DNA from: Octopus sinensis
Lineage: Eukaryota
Direction: 5' to 3'
DNA: 64,000 bases
Assembly (NCBI RefSeq): GCF_006345805.1
Contig: NC_042999.1
Coordinates: forward strand, 104,842,001 to 104,906,000
The position numbers were made by a program, and so were the translations under genes. The notes under the pieces are model-generated. The model was not told the DNA's origin, searched no databases, and saw only the letters and a program-made list of their open reading frames with translations. Position 1 is the stretch's first letter, and the number at the start of each line of letters is the position of its first letter. Positions 14,105 through 26,650 of this stretch are shown piece by piece.

Positions 14105-14283
14105 AGTGGCACGAGGCTAGCAATTTCCAAGGAGAAGGCGAAGTCAATTACATCGAACTCCTAGAGCTCAACTGACCTCGAAAGGATGAAATTCAAAGTC
14201 GACTTCGACAGAGATTCAACTCAGAAGGTAAAGAGGGACCAAATGCCACAAAGCATTTTGCCTGGCGTGCCAGCTCGCCACCA
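14105..14283 (-). mobile_element. tRNA-derived SINE, family B (degenerate)
   Basis: Reverse complement GGTGGCGAGCTGGCACGCCAGGCAAAATGC...GAAGTCGACTTTG..TTTCATCCTTTCGAGGTC. Confidence 0.75.
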
Positions 14284-14335
14284 AACGTACAGTCACACAC
14301 GCGCGCTCGTACACGCACACACATCTGCACAAGTG

Positions 14336-14400
<65 letters not shown>

Positions 14401-14406
<6 letters not shown>

Positions 14407-15005
14407 GCTGTCCGGAAAGTTCGTGCCAATTTATAGAAGCTTATATTTCGACTTATTTTAGACAATGGTTGGGTCTATAAAATAGGATTTGACTACACCT
14501 CTATTTGCAGCACAGTTTCAGCTATCTTTTCGTGGAAGAAGATTTATGTTCCTATAACCTATGTTAATTCTCTAACCCTTTAAAATGGAAGATAAGAAAG
14601 TTCATTTTCGGCACTTGATGCTTTGGGAGCCAGACAAAAATTGCTGCAGCTCGGCTGGAATGTGTTACCCACCCTCCATATTCACCAGATATTGCTCCTT
14701 CAGATTTCCACTTATTCAGGTCTCTGCAGAATAGCCTTAATCGTAAAAATTTCCATTCCTTGTCTTAATGCTAAAAATAGTCTAATGTAAAAATAGTCTT
14801 AATGGTAAATAGATACCTTGATGAATTCTTTGCCTTGAAACCACCTCAATTTCTGGGAAGAGGGTATTTTCAAGTTAAAGGAAAGATAAAGACGTATTGT
14901 GCAACAAAATGGTTCATATTTGGTTGATTAAAAATGTAATGGCAAGTATTTATTGACCATATTCTTTCCTTTAAAACTCGGGACGATTTTTTCGGACAAC
15001 CCAAT

Positions 15006-15006
<1 letters not shown>
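14401..15006 (+). mobile_element. Internally deleted mariner transposon
   Basis: About 27-bp ITRs (TATTGGGCTGTCCGGAAAGTTCG / CGATTTTTTCGGACAACCCAATA) with TA flanks; N-terminal MEDKKVHFRHLML joined to RQKLLQLGWNVLPHPPYSPDIAPSDFHLFRSLQN. Confidence 0.92.
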
Positions 15007-15051
<45 letters not shown>

Positions 15052-15156
15052 ATAAATTGTGGAAAAATTAAATGAAATGTTCTTTTATAATATTTAATTT
15101 AATTTTTACACAATTTAATTGTTTTTCATGCTTTAAGTTGAAGAAGTGTATGCATG

Positions 15157-15219
<63 letters not shown>

Positions 15220-15912
15220 GGTGTGTGTGTGTTTGTGTGTGTTTGCTCGTGTTTGTATACGGCAACGCAGTCCGTTTCCGTATCTATATATGCATTTTGA
15301 TATATACGTGCATGTTAATGTATTTTTGTGTAGGTATGTATTGACTGACAAATTGTTTTTCAGGCAATGTTTTACTATTATATGGCAGTGATATATACAA
15401 CAAGAGACTCTAGAGCGCGTGACATTGTTTGGCGCATCATGGAAGACTGTTATTAAATATTTATGGAATATTATCTAGAAAACTCATCTTATATTCTGAA
15501 AAGTTACATAGTTGTTTTTATACTTAGTTTAAAATATATTTCACTTATTTTATTAATCTTCATATGATGGTGTTATTTCTGAAATTATTATTATTATTAT
15601 TAAGAATAATATTATCAGTATTGATATTTTGTGAAGCAGCGGTTGATATTGTTGGAGTTGCTGTTCATTTCAATGTTTTTATTGGAGTTATTGCATTTCA
15701 ATGCTTTTATGATGTTGAAATAGATTTCCTTATATTTTATGATGTCTTTGATAAGTGTATTCTTCTTACTGTTCTTCAAGCTAACTTAATCATAAGAAGT
15801 TTATACACGATACAACATATTTAGAGTTAACATAAGCATATATCACACGTAAGTATACTTTACGGGGCGTGTATATAGGTACGTATGAATGCATGGGTGT
15901 TTGCATATATAT

Positions 15913-16429
15913 AAATAGTTACCAGGGTAGCAAAAGTTCACAAAGGAAAAAACAGGTAAATAGTTACCAGAGTAGTTAAGTGAAATGAGAAATGATTTTG
16001 TATAATATAGATAAATTAAGGAATGGAGTCAAATGCAGGTGTTATTCAAACCATTTATACTTCAAACATCTTTCGAAAAAAAGCATTGGAATTTTTCCAG
16101 AGGGAATAAAAATGATGTAAAACAATGCATTCATCTCGTCAGGGAATAAAAGAAACAAAACACATCAATAAGCCATTTTAACCGAATGTGATTACCACGT
16201 ACGTACATGTATAATGTAAAATGAATGCTAGCAAGTTATTTTTTATTAAAAAGCCGTTAATAGATTTGATGTATTTTGTTTCTTTTCTTCCCTGACCAGA
16301 TGAACGCATTGTTTAACATCATTTTAATTCCCTCCGGAATAATTTCCATGCTTCTTTCGAAACATATGTTGGAAGTATAAATGGTTCGAATAACACCTGC
16401 GTTTGACTCCATTTCTTATTTATCCATGT

Positions 16430-16435
<6 letters not shown>
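15913..16435. mobile_element. ORF-less fold-back element of the same PLE family, with degenerate HHR arms (16011-16180 and 16262-16435)
   Basis: Arms are reverse complementary; shares ACACCTGCGTT..ACTCCATT and TTTTTGCTACCCTGGTAACTAT with the 12.2-13.3 kb element; CTGACGA on the minus arm, CTGACCA...GAAAC-ATAT-GTT-GGAAG on the plus arm. Confidence 0.82.
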
Positions 16436-16471
<36 letters not shown>

Positions 16472-16676
16472 TATATATATATATATATATATAATGAGGG
16501 AGATAAATTGAATATTAATTTAATTAACATCAATTTAAAACCAGTAGCTTAGCATACAAAAATCTGAAAAATCAGAGAAAATTCTAATACATATGTATAT
16601 TCTTACATACCTATATACACGCTCCATAAAATGCACTTACAAGTGATATATATATTTATGTTACCTCTAAATATTC

Positions 16677-16719
<43 letters not shown>

Positions 16720-16769
16720 TTGAAGAGTTTTAGTCCAACATATCAACACCAAGATTCATTTTTTAAAAG

Positions 16770-17020
16770 CCTAGTATTTATTCTGTCGGTCACTTTTGCT
16801 GAAGCACTAAATTACTGGGATATTAACAATACAAAACCAGTTCTCAAGAAGTGGTAGGGGACAAATACACACACATATGACGGGCTTCCTTGAGTTTCCG
16901 TTTACCAAATCTATTCACAAGACTTTGGTTGGCCCGAGGCTATAGTTGAAGACACTAGCCCAAGATGCCATGCTGTGGAAGTGAACCCGGAACCATGCGG
17001 CTGGGAACCAAGCTTTTTAC
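16770..17020 (-). mobile_element. CORE-type SINE, family A
   Basis: CGACGGGCTTCC...GTTTCCGTTTACCAAATCT...GAAGACACTAGCCCAAGATGCC...GAACCCGGAACCATG. Confidence 0.8.
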
Positions 17021-17841
17021 GCCACTTTTATAACTGAGTCCGACAAAATATACTTGTTTAAATAAGAAGCTAGGTAGAAGTAAAATATAGACTGGAGTTA
17101 TAGTTGGGTGTGGTGGTAGAGAAGATTGGAGTGTACACAATGTTGAAGGTGATGGAGGTGGCGGAAACAGTTAAAGAACTCCCAAATGTGTACTGGTTTT
17201 CCCCCCTATTCACAGACATGTACGTAGACTTAATTTGTTGCTCAGTTTGCCACCATCTGCCGCTTACTGGTTGCTTTTAGGGGTGCTACTGCTGCAAGCA
17301 TTTTGGACATGTCTCTGGTTTGAGTAAAACATTCTTCTTTCTTGCTACAAGTCTCGAAGCTCTAAAATTGCTTCTGATATATAAAATTCTCATGTCACTA
17401 CCAAAATATTATCTTTAAGATATTGTGTTAGCACAAGTGTATATTTAACACTATGACAATTTTAATAATCTTTTGAACATGCACACAAAAGCATTAACGC
17501 TTGAGATAAATCAATTATGATCTATGGTAATAAAATTAAAACATCAAAATTAGATACTGAGTCATTTATTATAATACTTATTACAAAGCTCTCGAGGTAG
17601 CAAAATGAATTTACCAATTGTATACTCGGAAAGAAAACATTCATATTCAATTGTTATGTTTATAGACTGCACCATTTACGTAACTGATCAAATTAATTCA
17701 TTCATTAGCTACTGTATATGTAATCATGCTTCAAGGTATTCCCTTAATTCCTTCTTTTTTGCGTTTTCTCCTTCGTTTCCTATTTCTTTAATTGCTGTCG
17801 TTGATGAAGTGTTTAATATTCATCAGCACCATCATCACTAC

Positions 17842-18205
17842 CTTCTTCTTCTTCTTCTTCTTCTTCTTCTTCTTCTTCTTCTTCTCTTTCTTCTTCTTCT
17901 TCTTCTTCTTTTTCTTCTTCTTCTTCTTTTTCTCTTCTCTTTCTTCTTCTTTCTTCTTCTTCTTCTCTCTTCTTCTTCTTTCTTCTTCTCTTCTTCTTCT
18001 TCTTCTTTTTCTTTTTCTTCTTCTTCTTCTTTTTCTTCTTCTTTTTCTCTTCTTCTTCTTCTTTCTTCTCTTCTTCTCTTCTTCTTCTTCTTCTCTCTTC
18101 TTCTTCTCTTCTTCTTCTCTCTTCTTCTTCTTCTCTTTTCTTCTCTCTTCTTCTTCTTCATATTTATTACGTGGTATGATTTCTTGTTTGTATTTGTCAG
18201 CTTCC
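17842..18205 (-). repeat. Expanded imperfect (GAA)n of about 318 bp attached to an R4/Dong LINE coding fragment
   Basis: Minus strand of 18147-18205 matches 63865-63925 (EADKYKQ.I.P.NKYEEE). Confidence 0.8.
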
Positions 18206-18429
18206 AATCTATATTTACTTACCACTCTGCATGTTCTTATTTCGATATCCGGCGGTTTCTGCGGTTAAGCAAATAAATATGAATTAACTAGACGGCAGGG
18301 TAGGAGGTAGTGTCGATTAAATACATTATGCACTCTTTTTAAAATACTCAGCGCTCAGTTTGCGATATGGACATCAATGTTTATATTTTTCCAAAAGAAA
18401 AAAAGCAACATATCGAACAATAAACAATC

Positions 18430-19636
18430 TACGAAGGACGTTCAATAAGTAATTCCCCTGACCCACTTGCAATTGTTTGATCTAGCTGAAATTTTGCATG
18501 TGCAATTATTTATATCTCTATAGATGAAGTAGCAAATAACATCTTTGAACTAATTGTGGTGTCTGATTTACAGGTGTTTGAACTGAGTCAAGTGTGAAAT
18601 GAAGCCTGTTGAGTGTCTAGCAGTGATTCGGATTTTGTATTTGAAAGGACGCACACCACGGGAGACTTTTGATGAAATTAAAGTAACTTATGGTGATGAT
18701 GCCCCATCATATGACCTTGTAAAACGCTGGCATCGTGAATTCAAACATGGTCGGAACTCTGTGGAAACAGCTCCCAGATCTGGTCGGCCCGCTTCTGCCA
18801 TTGATGAGGCATCTGTCCGTCAAGTTGAGGCTGCCATTTTGGAAGATCGACGCATAACTATTCGCCAAATAGCCCATGAGGTCAAGATTAGTACCGGGTC
18901 TGTGGAAACTATCATTCATGACCATTTGCATATGCAAAAGGTGTCTGCCAGATGAATTCCCAGGCTGCTCACACCTTTCCAGAGTGCTCGAGGATGAATT
19001 TGGAGATGTGCCAAGAAGATGAGTCAAAATTTTTCAAAATACTGATTACACAGGATGAAACCTGGGTCCATCACTATGATCCATAGACCAAAGCCCAGTC
19101 AATGCAGTGGAAGCACCGTGATTCACCTTCTCCAAAGAAGGCAAGGGTGCAGCCCTCCGCTGGTAAGGTCATGCTCACAGTCTTCTGGGACCAGGACGGA
19201 GTAGTGATGACAGATTTCCTATCAAAATCAAGAGGCGGGGCAAGGTTAGCAAAAGCAGCCTCCTCCTGCAGGACAACGCTCCGGTCCATAACTCGCTTGT
19301 CGCCAGATCAGAAGCACGGGCGTGCGGCTATGAACTCCTCCCCCATCTCCTGACCTTGCACCCTCTGATTTTCACCTCTTCCCAGCCATGAAGTTGTTTT
19401 TGAAAGGAAACGGTTTCCCAGATGATGCAGCCTTGATTTCTGAAGTTACGTCGTGGTTGGATGACCAAGCTGGGGTCTTCTAAAAAAACTGTCTCCAGAG
19501 CTGCATCAAACGATGGGAGAAATGCATAACTGTGGGTGGTTCCTATGTAGAAAAAGACTAATAACTGTGCCAAGTTTCGTTGCTCTACTGCTATGGGAAG
19601 TGGGTCAGGGGCATTACTTATTGAACGCCCCTCGTA
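18430..19636 (+). mobile_element. Near full-length mariner transposon (irritans-like ITRs)
   Basis: About 38-bp ITRs TACGA(A/G)GG(A/G)CGTTCAATAAGTAAT.CCCCTGACCCACTT with TA target duplication at both ends. Confidence 0.95.
18599..19561 (+). pseudogene. Mariner DD34D transposase, disrupted
   Basis: HTH N-terminus, *IPRLL (WVPREL equivalent with a TGA stop), QDETWVHHYDP, GKVMLTVFWD, QDNAP, DLAPSDFHLF; stops, frameshifts and an internal deletion. Confidence 0.92.
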
Positions 19637-20787
19637 ACAGGAAAGGGACGACCTATGGTTTAAACAACGCTAGAGAAGATTATAATTACTTACATTCCTG
19701 CAGTCAAAACAGTCACTGGTTACATAATAGAAATATAAAGGTATAAAGTAAACTAAAACAGTATGTTAGTTATGGAATATCTTTTATATTACAACTTCAT
19801 TGAAAAAAGACACAACGGCAGCAGTGTTATTAAAATCGTATTTTGCACGGAATATATCATGTATAGTATATATTCTGATGTGAAAATGCAACAAAGATAT
19901 CGTTAAATAAGAAATGATATTTAAAACTCGACATACGTTACATACATCTATTCAACGCATATCTGATATAATGCGACTACAAAATCCGAATATATTTCTT
20001 TAACAGAAATGTACAGTACTTGCAATAAGCAGACCGGTCACATTGTTCTAGAATCTAACACAGCTGATTGCTAATATTCATGTAATAATGATTCCTTATT
20101 CTGAGGGCAGTGGTATATAGGAGACTAATACACACGTGTCTGCGCGTGCGCGTGTGTCTATACATGCTTTGTATGTGGGTGATATGTACGAGCCTTTGGC
20201 AACAAGAAGATGAGTATACTTAACGCCTGAAAGATCGCACGTAGAAATTGACGGAGGAATTCATCAATGCGAAATTATATCCGTGTTATTAAACCGTATC
20301 ACTTGTGTTCCTGAATTGTATTGAGGTTATAACCTTGGATTTTAGGGCAAATTACGTAACTGATAATATTGTAATATGTCTAAGACTTAGCAATCCCTCA
20401 TCACACTTCTGTGCAGCCAGTCGAATGATATGTTGAAACCATTAGCTAAGAGAAATTACAAAAATCTTGAAACAAATTATTCTGAATAGTATACAGTATG
20501 TTGAAGAATGAGTTTCATTTGTGAAAGAGTATATACATTTTAGAGTTTATTTTATGTTTAGCAAAATGACGTTGTATCCAATACAGCTTTCACAAAAATA
20601 TACACACATATACAAGTGAAGGCGCCTAGTGTGTTTGTTTTACAATCGTAAGGTCGGAGGTTAATTTTCCATTCACATTGCTCCTGTCAACTCAGCTGTG
20701 ACGGATATTAGCTAAGTGTTGGGGCAACCATCACACCGTTCAATTATTAAATCCTGTTTATTTCGAAAAGGGGAGGATCTAGAGGGG

Positions 20788-20819
<32 letters not shown>

Positions 20820-20857
20820 GAGAGAGGGAGTGAAAGAGCGAATGTGTATTTGTGCTC

Positions 20858-21250
20858 GTGTATGGATGGAAGCACTCCGTCGGTTTCGACGATGAGAGTT
20901 CCGGTTGATCCGAATCAACGGAACAGTCCGCTCGTGAAATTAACGTGTAAGTGGCTGAGCACTCCACAGACACGTGCACCCTTAACGTAGTTCTCGGGGA
21001 TATTCAGCGTGACACAGACAGTGACAAGGCCGGCCCCTTGAAATACAGGTACAACAGAAACAGGAAGTAAGAGTGAGAGAAATTGTGGTGAAAGAGTACA
21101 GCAGGGATCACCACCATCCCCTGCCGGAAACTCGTAGAGCTTTTTAGGTGTTTTCGCTCAATAAACAATCACAACGCCCGGTCTGGTAATCGAAAACGCG
21201 ATCCTATGACCGCGAGTCCGCTGCCCTAACCACTGGGCCATTGCGCCTCC
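20858..21250 (-). mobile_element. tRNA-derived SINE, family C
   Basis: Head GGCGCAATGGCCCAGTGGTTAGGGCAGCGGACTCGCGG..TTCGATT with A- and B-box-like elements; about 390 bp. Confidence 0.8.
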
Positions 21251-21496
21251 ACTGCTCGTGTATATATACATACCAAAGGCGATTGGTAAAAGTATGGAGC
21301 AAAGATATATTTGCCTAGGATTGTCGGCTGCTTGTACTCACATGCATGTATGTTTGAGTGCGTGTGCATGTATGTATGTATCTATATATATGTATATATA
21401 CACACACATATATATATAGAGAGAGAGTGAGAGAGAGAGAGACAATATTCCTATCTCATTTTCTCGACATAAATCAATGTAAATACACACATACGC

Positions 21497-21530
<34 letters not shown>

Positions 21531-21532
<2 letters not shown>

Positions 21533-22080
21533 TAGCAGCATAGCCCGGCGTTGCCCGGGTATGTAAGAGCCCCTAGTAGGCAACGACTAATCCCAATCTA
21601 GTCCTTTCCCTCTAGGGAACGAAGGCGCATGTGTAGGTTCAATGTCTTCTGTGTATACGATGTTCCTAGCTGTTCCTTTGGGCGAAAACGTGATTTCCCC
21701 AAATGGCATGATTTTATCGATTTTTTCTGATGGTAAGGTATTGCATGGAAAACTAACGCCAGAATTAAGTTTCTTAGGGTAACATTAAGCTTCACCATGA
21801 GTTTGGTGAAAATCGATTGCAAGTTGCGAAAACTACAACAGAAAACGTGTTGCATATAAAAAGCTGAGATTGTTGACCCCATGTCAAATTTATCGATTTT
21901 TTTCAAAACTTGGGGAACTGTTCAAAATTTTCGCTGCGTTAGTTTTGAATTATGACATTGGGCTATGTGTGTGTTTAGTTTCATCAGAATCGGTTGAAAG
22001 CCGTGGTCAGGGTGAGGGTACAACCTGACAGACACACAGACACACAGATAGACAAACTGCCGTTTATATAGAGAGATATA
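21531..22080 (+). mobile_element. Non-autonomous Helitron/Helentron-like element
   Basis: 5' ACTAGCAGCATAGCCCGGCGTTGCCCGGG with subterminal hairpin, (CAGA/CA)n near the 3' end, inserted in a TA run; same 5' end at 42691. Confidence 0.65.
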
Positions 22081-22619
22081 TATATATAAAGACTCGGAGA
22101 TAGACAAATGCACACCCATACTTATACACGCGCACACGCATATGCATGTGCTTGTAAATTTCAGATCAAGAATATGGAGCTTTCAATAATTTGCCTTCTA
22201 GATATTTAAAAGCTCCATATCTAGAAAATTTGTCTTCTAGATATTTGTCTGGGGCAAGAATATTTTACAAGCTAATTGCAGGTCTGTTTTCCTTGAACTA
22301 AACTATAACAGAAGAAAGGAAAGCCCATATCTTATACACTCGTTTTACAACTCATATGATACTCATTTTCTAAATTGGCGAAAAGTTTTGTTCAAGCATT
22401 ATGGTTGACCACAGTTTACAGTTTATTTGACGATTTACTTCGAAGAAATATAGTCAGTGATGTGGAAGGAAAGAGTGTCAAATCTAGTTGCATGATCACC
22501 TAGTTTCCAGATCTGGCATCACTAGACTTTTATCGCAAATGTCATCTGGAGTTGTATAGAAATGAATAGACTCAGAATTACCGATACACCAAAGTAGGCA
22601 ATATTATCTAGAAGTTTTG

Positions 22620-22915
22620 TCGTTGTGATAGACCAGACTGTCTGATACTGCTTAATATCGCTGGTCAAAATGCACTTTGCATCATTTTAGCTTTAGAATG
22701 ATGTCACCCCGCTGCCTAAGGGAGCAGGCCATCGTTCTATCCACCACACTGTCGGAAGGCTCCGTCGCAGGATTACCCATTTACAGCTGACTAGACGGGA
22801 GCAAAGTGAAATGAATTGTGTTGCTGAAAAGTACAACACGCTGCTAGATCCGGAAATCGAACCTACGATTTGGCGATCGTGAGTGCAACACCATGGACAC
22901 TAAGTAAACCGCCCT
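22620..22915 (-). mobile_element. Degenerate tRNA-derived SINE with CORE-like segment
   Basis: Minus strand GCACTCACGATCG...AGGTTCGATTTCC then TTCACTTTGCTCC...CAGCTGTAAATGGGTA. Confidence 0.6.
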
Positions 22916-22983
22916 CACGTCTAAATTAATTATTATACATCTAAATTAATTCGACAGCGAAAGTTATTATTTGCTCCCGTTTG

Positions 22984-23575
22984 AGGGCGGCGATCTAGCA
23001 GAACCGTTCGCATGCCGGGCAAAGTGCTTAGTGGTATTTCGCCTGCCGTTGCGTTCTGAGTTCAAATTCCGCCGAGGTCGACTTTGCCTTTCATCCATTC
23101 GGGGTCGATAAATAAAGTACCAGTTACGCACTGGGGTCGATGTTATCGACTTAATCCGTTTGTCTGTCCTTGTTTGTCCACCCTGTGCTTAGTCCCCTGT
23201 GGGTAGTAAAGAATAGGTATTTCGTCTGCCGCTACGTTCTGAGTTCAAATTCAGCCGAGGTCGACTTTGCCTTTCATCCTTTCGGGGTCGATAAATTAAG
23301 TACCAGTTACGCACTGGGGTCGATATAACCGACTTGATCCGTTTGTCTGTCCTTGTTTGTCCACTCTGTGTTTAGTCCCTTGTGGATAGTAAAGAAATAG
23401 GTAATTCATCTGCCGCTACGTTCAGAGTTCAAATTCCGCCGAGGTCGACGTTGCCTTTCATTCTTTCGAGGTCGATAAATTAAGTACCAGATATGCACTG
23501 GGGTTGATGTAATCGACTAGCTCCCTTCCCCCAAAAATTTTCATGGCCTTGTGCCTAGAGTAGAAATGAATATTT
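22984..23575 (+). mobile_element. Family B SINE with its roughly 185-bp body repeated three times in tandem
   Basis: Units start with GGTA(T/A)TTC at about 23033, 23216 and 23401; one head, one tail. Confidence 0.88.
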
Positions 23576-24570
23576 GCTGCCGTTTGGAATCAACAAATAA
23601 ATAGCTCAAGATGTTTTATAACTCCTAACTTCAGATGATTCTGTAGATAATATCACCACTCATATACATTTTCGTGACTAATTTAATTAATTGCCCTCTA
23701 AGGGGCAATCAGTGAAAATAAAGTTTTTCTGACCCCTTCGGTTGCACTTCACATTAATGGTATCTTATTTAATTCTAACTCAGGATGTGTTACTCTAAGC
23801 ACATCGCTTCTCTTCGCCTCATGATGCATTACTAATTCTCATATTTCCAACTTTTTTCTTAAATAAGGAAAATGAATCATTATTTTTCTGAATAACATAT
23901 GTATGATTAACTATTACCCTCTCTTTCCTACTATTTCAAGAGCTGTTGCCAAACTCTTACGGTTTAATCAACAGTTACATTAGTCATTCAATTAGCTATC
24001 AGGATTTTGCGGGAATCTCAATTCAATTAAGAAACAGGCTTCAGTTAGCAATAATATTAACAGCTACAAATTTAAAGCTGATGTGGTGTGGAGAAAAGAG
24101 AAATAGAAAGAAGAGATAATGGCAATGATTAGAGATATAGTGAGGTATGAAGTACGAAAAGATAGCTAGCTAGGCAGATAGATAGAAAGTGCAAAAGAGA
24201 GAGAAGATATATATCGTAATAGAACTGTTTCAAACAAAAGGATGATGTGATATTGGTAGTTGAAATATATAAGAAAAGAATGCAATTCAAATGGATTTCA
24301 TATTTGTTTTGTAGCAGAGAATGGTGTTTTATTTTGGAATATCTGACAATAAATATTTACAAAATTGCAGAGAAGACTGGAAAATAATTGCCTAAAGATT
24401 ATCGAGGCGTAAAAAAAAAATTGACAAAACAAGAATTCTGACGTTGAGCGATGATGTTACATTCGTTTTACACATATCTTAAGCAACAGCGCGTATTCAA
24501 CAGCACAAACTAAAATATATTTCCCATTTGAGTTAAAAACATTTTGACGATATATATGTAGGTATGTATG

Positions 24571-24632
<62 letters not shown>

Positions 24633-24847
24633 CATATATATATATATATGTATGTATATTTTATATGTATGTATATATATATATATATACATATATATAC
24701 GCACACACACATATACATAAATGTGTATATTTATCTATATATACGTATATATATGTATATATATGTATATATATGTATATATATATATATAATATATAAT
24801 ATATATTAATATATTATATATACACAAATATTATATATATTGAAATT

Positions 24848-25110
24848 GAAGGCGCATGGCCTAGTGGTTAAAAAAGTGTTGTACTCACGATCACAAAATT
24901 TTGGTTTCAATTTCTAGAACGGGTGGAGCGTTGTGTTCTTCAGCATTATATTTCATTTCACATTGCTCTGCGATCTGTTCGACACATGACGTGTAACACA
25001 CTCTGCACCTGTTCGGGTAACGTCGATTTGATAGAGGGAGTGTGCTTAATGTAAAGTACATACATTTGACCACTAAAAACGAATCAGTTATGCAGTCGTT
25101 CGGCAAAGCT
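24848..25110 (+). mobile_element. Degenerate tRNA-derived SINE
   Basis: GGCGCATGGCCTAGTGGTTAA...GTACTCACGATCAC...TTTCACATTGCTC; similar to the 22.6-22.9 kb copy. Confidence 0.6.
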
Positions 25111-25210
25111 CAACACTCATACATACGCCGGGAGAGTCCATTACACACACACATACACATGTATAATATATACATTCTGCATTTAAAAAAAAATTTTTCC
25201 TTACTATATA

Positions 25211-25243
<33 letters not shown>

Positions 25244-26189
25244 AATATATAATATATATATATATATATATTATATGTAAGTATGTATGTATGTATGTAT
25301 GTATGCATGTATGTATGTAATTAATTTAAACAGCAGTTTGCAATATTTTCATCACAAAAAAGGAGAATTATGATTGTCCCTACATGTGACTAGGGCGTTA
25401 AGAAACAACTACATTGCTCGAAGTAACAGTTAAAATGCTCTAATGCTGTAGTTAATTCACATAAATGAAAACATATGCACTAACAGAGACCTGAATCGTC
25501 CGAAAAATGCTGATCTAGAATTCGTAATACTGACATCAGTTTTGGCAATTTTCGTTGCCTCATCATTTCAGTCCGCTCGGTCTCGGTTTTATATATATAC
25601 TGGACGACCCATGACCCGCTGCGTGATTGACGGTTTAGGTTATAAAGCATTGAAACTGATTTCAACATTGCATTGCAATGTTGAAATGAAAGAGCATTTT
25701 ATGATGATTAAGTTAACAACAAACAAAACTGGCATAACTATTGATGTGTACCGCACCGATTTTGTTGTCTCATATCTTCCAGAAAAATGGATACATTTTA
25801 ACAAAATTTTCAACAAATGCCGTTCAGATGCTGTGAATTTAGAGTATGAAGGGATTTATGGGATCAATTTTTTTCGAGGGCGGAGAGAGAGGAGTTTCTT
25901 AAAATTCCCACGATCCATTTGTTCCCTCATAACTTTCAGAGAAATGTATATCTTTTAATGAAATTTTATACAAATACCTTTCAAACAGCATAGACTACGA
26001 GTATGAAGAAATTTGTGGGGAAAATTATTCCGAGTTGGTGTGGAGAGGATTTTCGAAAAATAAAGATTCGGATCAGGAAGACCAAATAAGTTGGAACTAC
26101 TCCGAGACGAGATGGTCTATTGTTTCTTCAAGTGTGTCGCAGAGTCTGCATTTAGGGTTAGAAACGTTTTGAACAAGGTTAGCCTGGTA

Positions 26190-26385
26190 GTTTTTTGTAC
26201 GCACTTGATGTGGCCATGCTGGGAAACCGCATTGAAGGATTTGGGTCGAACAAATCGACCCCAGGGCTTATTTTTTCTTTAAGCCTATTACTTATTCTAT
26301 CGGTTGTCAAGCGGTGGGTGGGGACAAAAATTTACTCAACGACACATATACATACATAGATCACACAACCACACACGTACATACA

Positions 26386-26433
<48 letters not shown>

Positions 26434-26455
26434 CATATATAAATATATACATATA

Positions 26456-26486
<31 letters not shown>

Positions 26487-26650
26487 CATATAATATATAT
26501 ATATATATTCGATAGGCTTCTTTTAGTTTCCATCTTCCAAATCCACTCACAAGGCTTTATTCGTCTCGAAGCTACAGTAGAAGACATTTGCGAAAGGTGG
26601 CACGCAATGAGACTGAACACGGGACCAGGTGGTTGGGAAGAAAGCTTCTT
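26190..26650 (-). mobile_element. CORE-type SINE, family A, with expanded internal microsatellite
   Basis: 3' part TCGAACAAATCGACCCCAGG...TATTCTATCGG and 5' part CCAAATCCACTCACAAGGC...GAAGACATTTGC. Confidence 0.82.

Noticed and set aside
22984-23575. Regularly spaced repeats superficially like a CRISPR array
   Set aside because: The units are about 185-bp whole-body SINE duplications with no unique spacers and no cas genes, in eukaryotic DNA.
20858-25110. tRNA-like sequences at SINE heads
   Set aside because: They have A/B boxes but no complete cloverleaf and run into SINE bodies, so they are not called tRNA genes.
25542-25958. 138-aa ORF
   Set aside because: No recognisable domain; probably decayed DNA-transposon sequence, but I could not define termini.
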